DNA of 64,000 bases. It comes from Candidatus Dormiibacterota bacterium. Its GTDB lineage: Bacteria; Chloroflexota; Dormibacteria; Aeolococcales; Aeolococcaceae. The translations under genes and the position numbers were made by a program. Position 1 is the first letter of the stretch. Each line of letters opens with the position of its first letter. This document shows positions 44,167 through 58,327 of this stretch, one piece after another. The notes under the pieces were generated by a model. That model saw only the letters and a program-made list of their open reading frames with translations, was not told where the DNA came from and did no database searches. The DNA is taken from contig CAWKDT010000005.1 of the NCBI GenBank assembly GCA_963848445.1, positions 7,969 to 71,968 on the forward strand, written 5' to 3'.

Positions 44167-44841
44167 GTGAGCCAAGCCTCAGTTGCGACCCGCCTCCATC
44201 TGGTTCGCCATTGCGACGTCCGCAACCCCGAGGGCGTCCTCTACGGTCACCTGCCCGACTTCCCGCTGAGCGACAAGGGAGTCCGACAGGCGCACGCACT
44301 CGGCCGCTATTTCGCCGGGAAGACCGTCCCGCAGATCTACTCGAGCCCCCTCGAGCGGGCCCGGCAGACGGCCGAGATCATCGCCTCCTATCTCAACTCG
44401 GTCCCGATCACCTACACCGAGGATCTCATCGAGACCCGCTTCGGCAAGTACCTTCAGGGCGTCCCCCCCAAGCAGGTGCCGTGGCGCCGCCCCCTCTGGC
44501 TGGTGCACATGATCTGGCCCGGCGTCCTCGCCAACGACGAGTCCGTCGACGGGCTCGCCGCCCGGGTTCGCCGCCCCCTCGAGCAGCTGCTATCCGACCA
44601 CCCGGGCGAGGGCGGCATCTGCGTGAGCCACGGGGATCCCATCCAGGGTTTCTGGGTGGCGGCCGAGGGACGGCCGCGCTACGCGCTCCACCGTCTCCAG
44701 TGCGCAAAGGGCGGGGCTCTCGAGCTCGACTACGAGGGCGACATGCTCCGCAGGCTCACCTACCTCTCCCCCGCCAGGATCGCCGAGCTGGCGCCGGCCC
44801 CGGCTCAGACCGAGGCAGGTTCTCGGTCCGGCTCCGTCTGA
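44167..44841 (+). CDS. Histidine phosphatase / phosphoglycerate mutase family protein (Rv0525-like), with RHC in place of RHG
   Basis: HLVRHCDVRNPEGVLYG, SSPLERARQTA and CVSHGDPI. Confidence 0.85.
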   Translation: MSQASVATRLHLVRHCDVRNPEGVLYGHLPDFPLSDKGVRQAHALGRYFAGKTVPQIYSSPLERARQTAEIIASYLNSVPITYTEDLIETRFGKYLQGVPPKQVPWRRPLWLVHMIWPGVLANDESVDGLAARVRRPLEQLLSDHPGEGGICVSHGDPIQGFWVAAEGRPRYALHRLQCAKGGALELDYEGDMLRRLTYLSPARIAELAPAPAQTEAGSRSGSV

Positions 44842-46232
44842 GGTTCTCCGCTCGCGTCCGATGACCAGCGGCGGTCGAGCGTGATCGGCCGGCGGCGCTT
44901 CCGCTGACGCCGCTCGAGGAACGGGCGGAGGTACAGCTTGGTCAGCAGGCCGGTCATGATCAGCACGAACGACGCGTACACGAGCAGCACGCCGTGGTCG
45001 TCGTTCACCTGGAACAGCGAGTACTGGTGCACGCTCGGAAACGAGATCGTGAAGGTGACCTGCTTGCCGGCGGCGCCGGGGAGGCTGAGCGGCACGCTCT
45101 GCCCCATCAGGATCGGGATGACGTGCGCGTCAGAGAAATACGGCTGCATGGCGCTCGTGTTGAGCTGGTTGACGTTCTGCGCCGCACCGCTGTTGAGACC
45201 GAGATTCCCGACCCACAGTTGAATCTCCATCACCGGGTTGCGCGGCGACACACCGCCCGGCCCGTACGTGGTGGCCGTCGGGTCGATCGCTCCGTTGCTG
45301 TCGATCGCGGGGAGCAGGGTCGCGTCCGGGAAGAACGACATCTTCGCCCCGAGCTGCAGGGCCTCGGACGCGCCGGGCACCGTGTAGCCGAAGTCCGGCA
45401 CCTTGAGCACGCCGTCACCCAACGCCTTGTCGCCGATGTTCTGGGGATCGTCGAAGAACTGGATCGGCCCGTTGAAGACGGTCTGCCCGGCCGGGTTCTT
45501 GACGACGATCGTCGGCGCCCAGCCGTAATCCTGCTGGTAGACGTTGACGCCGTCGACGCTGAGGAAGTCGTTGACGCGGATGTTCTTGGTCTCGATCTTC
45601 TTGCCGCGGTCGAAGACGGTGACGTTGCTGACGTAGTCGCTCGCCTCGCCGTTGGCGGCGTAGGTGGCCTCGAAGTTGTTGAGCCGCATGGTGAATCCAG
45701 CGTGCTGGCCGTTGAAGAGCAACCCCTCCTGCAGGGTGTCGTACCCGGCGGGCGTGTCGGTGAAGCTCTGTCCGTCGGTGAGCGTGACCAGGCCCTGATA
45801 CCCGGTCGCCTTCCCCCACACCACGGCGACCAGGAGCAGGAAGAACGAGCTGTGGAACAGCCAGGATCCCCACTCGCCCCAGTACTGCGGGGTTCGCTTG
45901 TACCCCCGCAGCGTGCGCATGACGAGCGCGCGCCCTCGCCGGATGACGCACCACCCGAGCGAGACGTACAGCAGGCCCAGCAGCACGTAGAACACGGGTG
46001 AGACGAACACCTGCGTCAGCGGCAGTTGCAGGTCCGCGAAGAGCACGTTGAGGTTCGGCCACGACGTGAGGAACGCCTCGACCTTGGTGGGATCCGAGGT
46101 GTTCTGCTGCGGCACGAACGAGCCGATGAGCACGATCACGAGGATGCCGAGCAGCAGGAAGATCGCCGTGCGCATCCGCGTGTACTCGTGCCAGTACCTG
46201 CGGATGGCGCCCCCGGTCTTCGCGCGCGTCAC
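44805..46232 (-). CDS. resB: Cytochrome c biogenesis protein ResB/CcsB
   Basis: MRTAIFLL...IGSFVPQ, conserved TM His (WLFHSS), IRVN..L, a large extracytoplasmic domain and a C-terminal TM. Confidence 0.82.
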   Translation of the reverse strand: MTRAKTGGAIRRYWHEYTRMRTAIFLLLGILVIVLIGSFVPQQNTSDPTKVEAFLTSWPNLNVLFADLQLPLTQVFVSPVFYVLLGLLYVSLGWCVIRRGRALVMRTLRGYKRTPQYWGEWGSWLFHSSFFLLLVAVVWGKATGYQGLVTLTDGQSFTDTPAGYDTLQEGLLFNGQHAGFTMRLNNFEATYAANGEASDYVSNVTVFDRGKKIETKNIRVNDFLSVDGVNVYQQDYGWAPTIVVKNPAGQTVFNGPIQFFDDPQNIGDKALGDGVLKVPDFGYTVPGASEALQLGAKMSFFPDATLLPAIDSNGAIDPTATTYGPGGVSPRNPVMEIQLWVGNLGLNSGAAQNVNQLNTSAMQPYFSDAHVIPILMGQSVPLSLPGAAGKQVTFTISFPSVHQYSLFQVNDDHGVLLVYASFVLIMTGLLTKLYLRPFLERRQRKRRRPITLDRRWSSDASGEPQTEPDREPASV

Positions 46233-46882
46233 GGTGAAGCGGCCGGCCTCAACAGTCCCTTGGGATCGAACGCGGCGGCGAGCGCCGGCTGCCAGGCAAC
46301 CGCGCCCGGGGGCTTCGCCGTCGGCGTCTTCGCCGCCGCGGGTTCGAGGCGAAACGTGACCGCGGCGATCAAGGCGAGCCGGCCGGCGCTTCCCAGCATC
46401 ACCGAGAGCAGGTCGTATCCCACGACGTCCTTGAGCATGGCACCCCCGGCTTTGACCGGCTCGCCGGTGGACAGCACGGCTTCGACACCGGCCAGCGCGC
46501 GACGTGCGACATCCCCCCGGGCCACCAATGTCCCCACGTGTGCGGAGCCGGTCTGAGCGCCGAGCCCGACCACCCCGAGCTTCTGCTTGGCCACCGCATC
46601 GCGAAGATGCGCGACCGTCGCTCCCGCTCCGGCGCGCGCCGTGAGCCCGCCGGCGGCGACCTCGATGGTGTTGAGACGCTGCAGGCTGATGACGATGCCA
46701 CCGGCGGGCGCGGCGTCCCGCGCGGACGGTGCGCCGCTCGTGACGCGGATCCCGAGATCCTGCTCATCGCAGAGGCGCGCGACCGCCGCGAGCGCATCCG
46801 GGTCCGCGGGGCTCACCACGTCCCCGGCGACGGCTTTCGCGCCGGCGATCTCGGCGAATCGCCTGACCAGGTCCTCGTTCAC
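46229..46882 (-). CDS. Miniature FAD-binding PCMH-type oxidoreductase (GlcE-like), lacking most of the C-terminal cap domain
   Basis: VVSPAD, ISLQRLN, AGAG, KAGGAMLKDVVGYDL, GSAGRLALI, followed almost directly by AFDPKGLLRP. Confidence 0.78.
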   Translation of the reverse strand: MNEDLVRRFAEIAGAKAVAGDVVSPADPDALAAVARLCDEQDLGIRVTSGAPSARDAAPAGGIVISLQRLNTIEVAAGGLTARAGAGATVAHLRDAVAKQKLGVVGLGAQTGSAHVGTLVARGDVARRALAGVEAVLSTGEPVKAGGAMLKDVVGYDLLSVMLGSAGRLALIAAVTFRLEPAAAKTPTAKPPGAVAWQPALAAAFDPKGLLRPAASP

Positions 46883-48410
46883 ACGATGAGTCCCTTCAGC
46901 GACGCCGTCGCCGCCGTGTACACGAGCACGATCAGCACCCCGAGGATCAGCGTCCCCGCGGTGGTGGCGACGAGCACGGCGCTGCCCGAGAACCCGGTGC
47001 GGGACCAGCGGTATTCCTCGGTGCCCGCAGCGGGGCGCTGGTACATGAGCAGGCCGACTCGCAGGTAGTAGAAGGCGGAGACCGCGCTGGTCGCGATGCC
47101 CCAGAGCGCGAGCGGGGTCTGCCCGGCGTTGATCGCCGACGTGAAGATGAGGAACTTGCCGAAGAATCCCGCGGTCGGCGGGAAGCCGCCCAGCGAGAAC
47201 AGGAACAGCGCCATGCTCGCGGCGACGAACGGACGGCGGTGGGCGAGCCCTCGGAGCCCGTCGTAGCTGTCGAGATCCTCGCCGCGCCCCGCCATGATCG
47301 TGATGACCGCAAAGGCCCCGACGTTGCTCACCGCGTAGGCAGCGAGGTAGTAGAGGATCGCGATGGTGCCGTCGGAGCTGACCTGCCCGCCCGGCAGGAC
47401 CACGGCGCCGACCGCGACCCCGATGAGGATGTATCCCGCCTGCGCGATGCCCGAGTAGGCGAGCATGCGCTTCACGCTCGTCTGAGCAAGTGCCGCGACG
47501 TTGCCGATCACCATCGAGGCGATGGCGACGAGCGCGACCACCGGCTCCCAGTTGCTGTAGTAGTGGTTGCTCGCCCCTTCGAACGTGTACGTGAACACGC
47601 GGACCAGCGCGGCGAACGCCGCGACCTTGGTGGCCACGCTCATGAAGGTCGTGACCGATGTCGGCGCACCCTGGTACACGTCAGGCGTCCACGAGTGGAA
47701 CGGCGCCGCACTCACCTTGAACGCGAATCCCACGAAGAGCAGGATCACCCCGGCGAGCAGCAGCGGATCGATCCTCGACGAGGTCTGGATCGCCGCGGCG
47801 ATCTGGGCGAGCTGCGTGTGACCGGTCTCGCCGTAGATGAGGGCCATGCCGAAGAGCAGGAACCCTGACGCGAAGCCACCGAGCAGCAGGTACTTCAGCG
47901 CCGCCTCCTGGGACCGCTCCTCATGACGCGCGAACCCGCTGAGCACGTACAGCGCGAGTGACAGCAGCTCGATCGCGAGGAAGATGACCATCAGGCTGCT
48001 CGCTCCGGCGAGCAGCATCATGCCGACGGTCGCGGCGAGGATCAGCGCGTAGTACTCGCCGTAGTGCAGGCCGCGGCGGTTCAGGTAGTGCGGGCTGATC
48101 ATGATCACCAGGCCTGCCGTCACAAGCAGAATCGCATCGACGAACAGTGCGAAGCGGTCGTAGGCGAAGGACCCCGAGTAGACGAGCCGCCCCGGATTGG
48201 CGTTGAACCAGCACCACATCGTGATGGCGAACGCCGCCGCGACACCGAGGAGCGCGAATCCCGCAAGCCAGCTCCGTCGCGAGGCTGGAATGACGAGGTC
48301 GAGCAGCATGAGGAGCAGGAACGCGCCGCCGAGCACCAGCTCCGGGAGGATGCCGACGAGGTCGGAGCCACCCGGGAACGAGAGCGGGACGGGGCTCGTC
48401 GCGATGAGCA

Positions 48411-48411
<1 letters not shown>
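46879..48411 (-). CDS. nuoN: NADH-quinone oxidoreductase subunit N
   Basis: EAALKY, FKVSAAPFHSWTPDVYQGAP, KRMLAYS, GFPPTAGFFGK and YYLR. Confidence 0.96.
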
Positions 48412-49954
<1,543 letters not shown>

Positions 49955-49958
<4 letters not shown>

Positions 49959-51904
49959 CGCGCGATCAGCACCCACACGACCACGAGCACGACCGCGAAC
50001 ACCGTGAACACCGACGCATAGTCACGGATCAAGCCGGTCTGGATCACGCGCATGTCGAGGCTGAACCCGCGCATCAGATCGCCGATGCCCGCGACCCAGC
50101 CGTCCATGACGTCCGGCTCGACCACTCGGCGCGCGGTTCGCGCAACCGCCTTGAGGGGCCGGACGAGCGCGTGGTCGTAGATCTCGTCGAAGTAGAACTT
50201 GTTGTACGAGAGCAGCGGGATCACGCGGGGGAGGCGCGCGAGCACCAGCTGCGCGTCGGGCCGGTGCTCGTACCACAGGCGCAGTGCCAGCCCGATGCCG
50301 AAGAGGCTCGCCACCGTGCCGATCGTGAGCCCGATAAGGGAGAGTCCGACCCCCGGGTCGTGGAGCAGCGGCGACGTCGACCCCGCGAACACCGGGCTCA
50401 GGAAGTCGCTGAACAGGTGCAGGGTGTTGGGAACCGGGAACTCCAGCGGCCATGCGACCACGACGGCGAGCACCCCCAGGATGACCACGGGGACCAACAT
50501 CGCGCGACCCGCCTCCTTGACCGCGAATCCCCGGGCGGTCTGGGGCTCGCCCTGGAAGACGGTGAAGTAGAGCCGGAAGGCATAGAGACCCGTCAGCACG
50601 TTGATGCCGACACCGACGGCGTAGAGGAGCCACGGCGCGGGCCCGGGACCCGAGACCGTGCCGAATCCGAGCAGCTCCTCCTTGCTGAACCATCCGGAGA
50701 AGAAGATGAATCCGCCGAGCGCGAGTGACCCGGCGCCGAACGCGAGATGCGTCCATCTCATGCGCGAATGGAGCCCGCCCATCAGCCGGATGTCCTGCTC
50801 GTCATGCAGCGCGTGGATGACATTGCCCGCGGCCATGAAGAGCAGCGCCTTGAACACCGCGTGGGTCGCGAAGTGGAACATCCCGGCGCTGTACGCGCCG
50901 ATGCCGACGGCATAGATCATCAGGCCGATCTGCGACATCGTCGAGTACGCGATCACCCGCTTGATGTCGATCTGGGACAGCGCGATGATGCCGGCCATCA
51001 GCGCCGTCCCCATGCCGACGCACGCAACCATCCCCTCGGCGACCGGCGCGAGGTTGAACAGCACGTGGAATCGCGCGATCAGGTAGACGCCTGCGGTCAC
51101 CATCGTCGCCGCGTGGATCAGGGCCGAGACGGGGGTCGGGCCCTCCATCGCATCCGGCAGCCAGGTGTGCAGGGGGAACTGCGCGCTCTTGGCGAACGCT
51201 CCGATGGCGAGCAGCGAGCAGATCCCGGTGATGAGCAGGCCTCCCGCCGGAAACGCCTGGGTGCGCGCGAAGATGTTGGGCAGGCTGAGGGTGTGCGTGT
51301 TCAGCACGATCAGGAACGCGGCGATCACGAGCGCGACGTCGCCGATCACCTGGGTGATGAACGCCTTGCGTGCGGCGAGCACCGCGCTGGGCCGGTCGTG
51401 CCAGAAGCCGATCAGGAGGTAGCTGCTCAACGCGACGAGAGCCCACCCGATGATGAGGATGACGAGGTCCGCCGCCAGCACGAGCGTCAACATCGAGAAG
51501 ATGAAGAAGTTCATGTAGCTGAAGAAGCGCGCCACCCCCGGGTCGTGCTCCATGTAGCCGACGCTGTAGACGTGGATGAGGAATCCCACGCCCGTGATCA
51601 CCATCAGCATCAGGGCGCTCAGCGCATCGAGGGTGAAGTCCATCCCCACCGACAGGTTCGTGCCGCCCCCGAGATCGATCCACTGCCAGAGCCGGATGGT
51701 GATGGCGCTGTGTCCCGAGGATGCTCCGACCACGTTCGCGAGGACCACGCACGCCACCACGAAGGACCCGAAGATCGAGACCGTTCCGGCGATGTTGACG
51801 AACCGCCGCCCGAGCACCGGGCCGAGCAGCCCGTTCATCCCGGCTCCGACCAGCGGGAAGAGGAGGATCAGGATGACGAGCGTGGACGCGGTATCGACGC
51901 TCAA
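49955..51904 (-). CDS. nuoL: NADH-quinone oxidoreductase subunit L
   Basis: [40 protein letters not shown] and [10 protein letters not shown]. Confidence 0.97.
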
Positions 51905-52212
51905 TCCTTCAACTCACTCAGGTCGTCGACATCCAGCTCGCGGCCGATCCGGAAGATCTGGGTGATGAGCGCCAGGCCGACCACCACCTCGGCAGCCGCG
52001 ACCACGATCACCATGAAGGCGAAGATCTGGCCCTCCTCGCTGTTGAGGAAGCGGCCGTAGGCCACGAGCGCGACATTCGCGGCGTTGAGCATCAGCTCGA
52101 TGCACATGAACACGACGATCGGATTGCGCCGGATCAGCACGCCGGTCGCGCCGACGGTGAAGAGGAACGCCGCGAGCCCGAGGAGGTACGGGAAGAGATT
52201 CGGGTTCAGCAC
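51901..52212 (-). CDS. nuoK: NADH-quinone oxidoreductase subunit K
   Basis: RRN...[11 protein letters not shown] and [12 protein letters not shown]. Confidence 0.96.
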   Translation of the reverse strand: MLNPNLFPYLLGLAAFLFTVGATGVLIRRNPIVVFMCIELMLNAANVALVAYGRFLNSEEGQIFAFMVIVVAAAEVVVGLALITQIFRIGRELDVDDLSELKD

Positions 52213-52213
52213 G

Positions 52214-52765
52214 TCACGAGCTCGAACGCCGGGTCAGGTAGACGGCGCCGATCGCAGCGACGAGCAGCAGCATCGACGTGATCTCGAAGGGGAGCAGGTA
52301 GTTGGTGAACAGCTGTCCCGCCACGGTCTGGACATTGCCCGCCGCGTTCACGGCATCTGGCGGGAACGAGAACGTGTGATACGGGTTGCTCGAGCTCCCG
52401 ACGCCGATCGCATGAAACCCGTTGGTGCTGTAGGTGATGCCGTTGCGCGCGGCGACGAACACGAGCACCGTGACCACGATGACGCCGGTGATGCCGATCA
52501 CCGCACGCGCGTCGAGCCGCGGCCGGTCCTCGGCGTCGGGGCTCAGCAGTGCGACGATGAAGACGAAGAGGACCATCACGGCGCCGGCGTAGATGATCAG
52601 CTGGACCGCGAAGAGGAACTGCGCGTTGAGCAGCAGGAAGAGCACGGCGAGCAGGGCGACCGTGACCACGAGGCTCAACGCCGAGTAGATCGTCTGGCGG
52701 GAGAGCACCACGCCGAGTGAGCTCACCGCGGCAAGCGCGATCACGACCGCGAAGATGACCGTCAT
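52214..52765 (-). CDS. nuoJ: NADH-quinone oxidoreductase subunit J
   Basis: [15 protein letters not shown] and [19 protein letters not shown]. Confidence 0.95.
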   Translation of the reverse strand: MTVIFAVVIALAAVSSLGVVLSRQTIYSALSLVVTVALLAVLFLLLNAQFLFAVQLIIYAGAVMVLFVFIVALLSPDAEDRPRLDARAVIGITGVIVVTVLVFVAARNGITYSTNGFHAIGVGSSSNPYHTFSFPPDAVNAAGNVQTVAGQLFTNYLLPFEITSMLLLVAAIGAVYLTRRSSS

Positions 52766-53397
52766 CGCGACCTTCCGCGCTGCGGCGGCTCCTTGACGGT
52801 CGGAACGTCCACGGGAACGCCGAGCTCGCCTGCATGCGGCGCGACCCGGTGGTCGAGCTCGGCCTCCTGAGCCGCCCACGCCGCACGGGGATTGACGCCC
52901 GGCTCGAGCTCCTCACGACCGGTCTGATCGGCGCCGGCCCCGCGCGCGCTTGCTGGGCCTCGCCCCTGCGCAAACCCTGGCCACGACTCGAGCAGCTCCG
53001 CCTTGGTCACGACCGTTCGCTCGCGGCGGTAGTCGGCAAGCTCGAAGCGGGGCCCGAGCGTGATCGCCTCGGTGGGGCAGGCCTCGGCGCAGTACCCGCA
53101 ATAGATGCAGCGCATGAGGTTGATCTCGTACCGCTCCGCGTAGCGTTCCCCGGGTGATACCGGCGCCTCCGGGTCGTTCTCCGCCGCGAGGACGTAGATG
53201 CAGCCGACCGGACACGCGGCGGCGCACAGCTCGCACCCGATGCAGCGCTCGAGGCCGTTGTCGTACCGGTGCAGGATGTGCCGGCCGCGATGCCGCGGGG
53301 CGACGGGCTTCTGCTCCTCGGGCCACTGCACCGTGATCGGATGCGAGCCCATCTTGCGGATGGTGAACGCGAGGCCCTTGGCCAGCTCTTTGATCAC
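52762..53397 (-). CDS. nuoI: NADH-quinone oxidoreductase subunit I
   Basis: RGRH, CIGCELCAAACP and CIYCGYCAEACP. Confidence 0.96.
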   Translation of the reverse strand: MIKELAKGLAFTIRKMGSHPITVQWPEEQKPVAPRHRGRHILHRYDNGLERCIGCELCAAACPVGCIYVLAAENDPEAPVSPGERYAERYEINLMRCIYCGYCAEACPTEAITLGPRFELADYRRERTVVTKAELLESWPGFAQGRGPASARGAGADQTGREELEPGVNPRAAWAAQEAELDHRVAPHAGELGVPVDVPTVKEPPQRGRSR

Positions 53398-53416
53398 GGC
53401 CGTACCGCCTCCACTC

Positions 53417-56358
<2,942 letters not shown>

Positions 56359-56362
56359 CGCG

Positions 56363-57652
56363 CTACGCCACCAGCGCCGCTGCCTGCGTCCTCACCGGGC
56401 ACCGGCCGGCGCCGCAGTGGGCCTCGAACTCGTCCCGGAACGCCTTGTACGCCGACATCACGAACCAGGTCGCGGTGTCACCGAGCGGGCAGAAGCAGCG
56501 TCCGTCCATGTTGGCGCAGATGTCGGTGAGGGTGCCCAGCTCGGCGAGCGTCGCGCGGCCCAACTCGAGGCGGTGCATCAGCTCTGACTCGAAGTAGGTG
56601 CCCTCGCGGCAGGGAACGCACTTGCCGCACGACTCGTGCCGGTAGAAGTCGACGAGCCGCATCGACACGTCGACCAGACACGTTGTCTCGTCCATGAAGA
56701 TCATCGCCCCGGCGCCGAGCGACGATCCCGCCGCCTGCACCTCGTTCATGTCGAGCGGAAGATCGAGGTGCTGCGGAAGCAGCACCTGCATCGACCCGCC
56801 CCCGGGCTGGAACGCCTTGATCGAACGCCCCTTCCAGATGCCGCCGCAGTGCTCGTCGAGCAGCTCGCGGATCGGTGCGCCGAGCTGCATCTCGTAGTTG
56901 CCCGGCCGGTTGATGTGCCCGCTGCAGCAGAACACACGCGTTCCGGTGCTCTTCTCGGTGCCGATCGACTTGAACCACTCGCCGCCGCGCTGGACGATGT
57001 GCGGCATGTTGCACAGCGTCTCGACGTTGTTGACCACGGTCGGCTGCCCGTACAGGCCCTTCACCGCGGGGAACGGGGGCTTCAGCCGCGGCTGTCCACG
57101 CAGCCCCTCGAGCGAATCGATGAGCGCCGTCTCCTCGCCGCAGATGTACGCGCCCGCTCCGCCGTGCACGATCACCTCGCAGTCGAAGCCGCTGCCGAGG
57201 ATGTTCCTGCCGATGTATCCGGCCGCGCGCGCCTCCTCGACCGCGCGCTCGAGCAGGAGGCGCTGGTCGCGATACTCCCCCCGGATGTAGATGAACGCCG
57301 TGTTCACCTGGAGCGCGTACGACGCGATCACCACCCCCTCGACGAGCTGGTGCGGGCTCTCGTCGATGAGGTACCGATCCTTGAAGCATCCCGGCTCGGA
57401 CTCGTCGGCGTTGCAGCAGAGGTAGCGCGGGAAGACGTCCTTCGGCAGGAACGACCACTTCATGCCGGTCGGGAACCCCGCGCCGCCGCGCCCCCGGATC
57501 CCGCTGGTCTTCACCTCGCTGACCAGCGCCTCCGGCGTGAACTTGGAGAGTGCGTCGCGCAATCCCTGGTAGCCGCCGGTCCGCTCGTACCCCTTGAGCG
57601 TCTGCAGCGCCTCGGCGCCGAAGTCCTTCGTCAGCAGCTTGTACTCGGCCAT
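56363..57652 (-). CDS. nuoF: NADH-quinone oxidoreductase subunit F
   Basis: RGRGGAGFPTG, NADESEPG, GAYICGEET and ESCGKCVPCREG. Confidence 0.97.
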   Translation of the reverse strand: MAEYKLLTKDFGAEALQTLKGYERTGGYQGLRDALSKFTPEALVSEVKTSGIRGRGGAGFPTGMKWSFLPKDVFPRYLCCNADESEPGCFKDRYLIDESPHQLVEGVVIASYALQVNTAFIYIRGEYRDQRLLLERAVEEARAAGYIGRNILGSGFDCEVIVHGGAGAYICGEETALIDSLEGLRGQPRLKPPFPAVKGLYGQPTVVNNVETLCNMPHIVQRGGEWFKSIGTEKSTGTRVFCCSGHINRPGNYEMQLGAPIRELLDEHCGGIWKGRSIKAFQPGGGSMQVLLPQHLDLPLDMNEVQAAGSSLGAGAMIFMDETTCLVDVSMRLVDFYRHESCGKCVPCREGTYFESELMHRLELGRATLAELGTLTDICANMDGRCFCPLGDTATWFVMSAYKAFRDEFEAHCGAGRCPVRTQAAALVA

Positions 57653-57700
57653 CAGGTCCGGTTCTCCGCGCGCGTGACGCTTCCCATGGGCGGGTGCATC

Positions 57701-58327
57701 CTACTGAGGAGCCTTGCGAGGGCGTCGCGTTCGAGGCTTCGCCGCCGAAGGCGGCTTCTCTGCTCCCGCGGGTCCTGTCGTCGCGGGGACCCCTCCCCTC
57801 CGCTCCTCGGGAATCGCTTCGGGGCTGCCCCCCGCGACGCCACCCGCTGGTGCACGTTGCCTGGCGGCGCCGAGCAACGCATCGACCCGCTCCGGTGTGA
57901 GGTTCTCCTCGAATCGGTGATCGAGTTGCATCGTCGGGGCGCCGCCACAGCCGCCTAAGCACTCTACGGTGCTCGACCAGGTGAACTCGCCGTCGGCGGT
58001 GGTCTCGCCCGAGGGGCATCCGAGCGACTGCTCGAGGTGCTCGACGATGGCGTCGGCGCCGCGCAGGGCGCAGGACACGTTGATGCAGACGATCACCTCG
58101 TGGCGACCGTGGGGATGCTGGAAGTACATGGAGTAGAAGGTCGAGACCGCCTCGACCTCGCTCGACGGGACCTGGAGGACGCCCGCCACCTCGGTCATCG
58201 CCTCGGGGGTGATCTGGCCCAGCTCGTGCTGCACCGCCCAGAGCGCCGGCAGGATCGCGCTGCGCGCGTGGGGATAGCGGTCTCGGGCGCGCTCGATCTG
58301 CGCCCGCGTCTCCGCCTGCAAGGTCAT
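57701..58327 (-). CDS. nuoE: NADH-quinone oxidoreductase subunit E, with a low-complexity C-terminal tail
   Basis: TFYSM, CINVSC and ECLGGC [2Fe-2S] ligands. Confidence 0.94.
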   Translation of the reverse strand: MTLQAETRAQIERARDRYPHARSAILPALWAVQHELGQITPEAMTEVAGVLQVPSSEVEAVSTFYSMYFQHPHGRHEVIVCINVSCALRGADAIVEHLEQSLGCPSGETTADGEFTWSSTVECLGGCGGAPTMQLDHRFEENLTPERVDALLGAARQRAPAGGVAGGSPEAIPEERRGGVPATTGPAGAEKPPSAAKPRTRRPRKAPQ

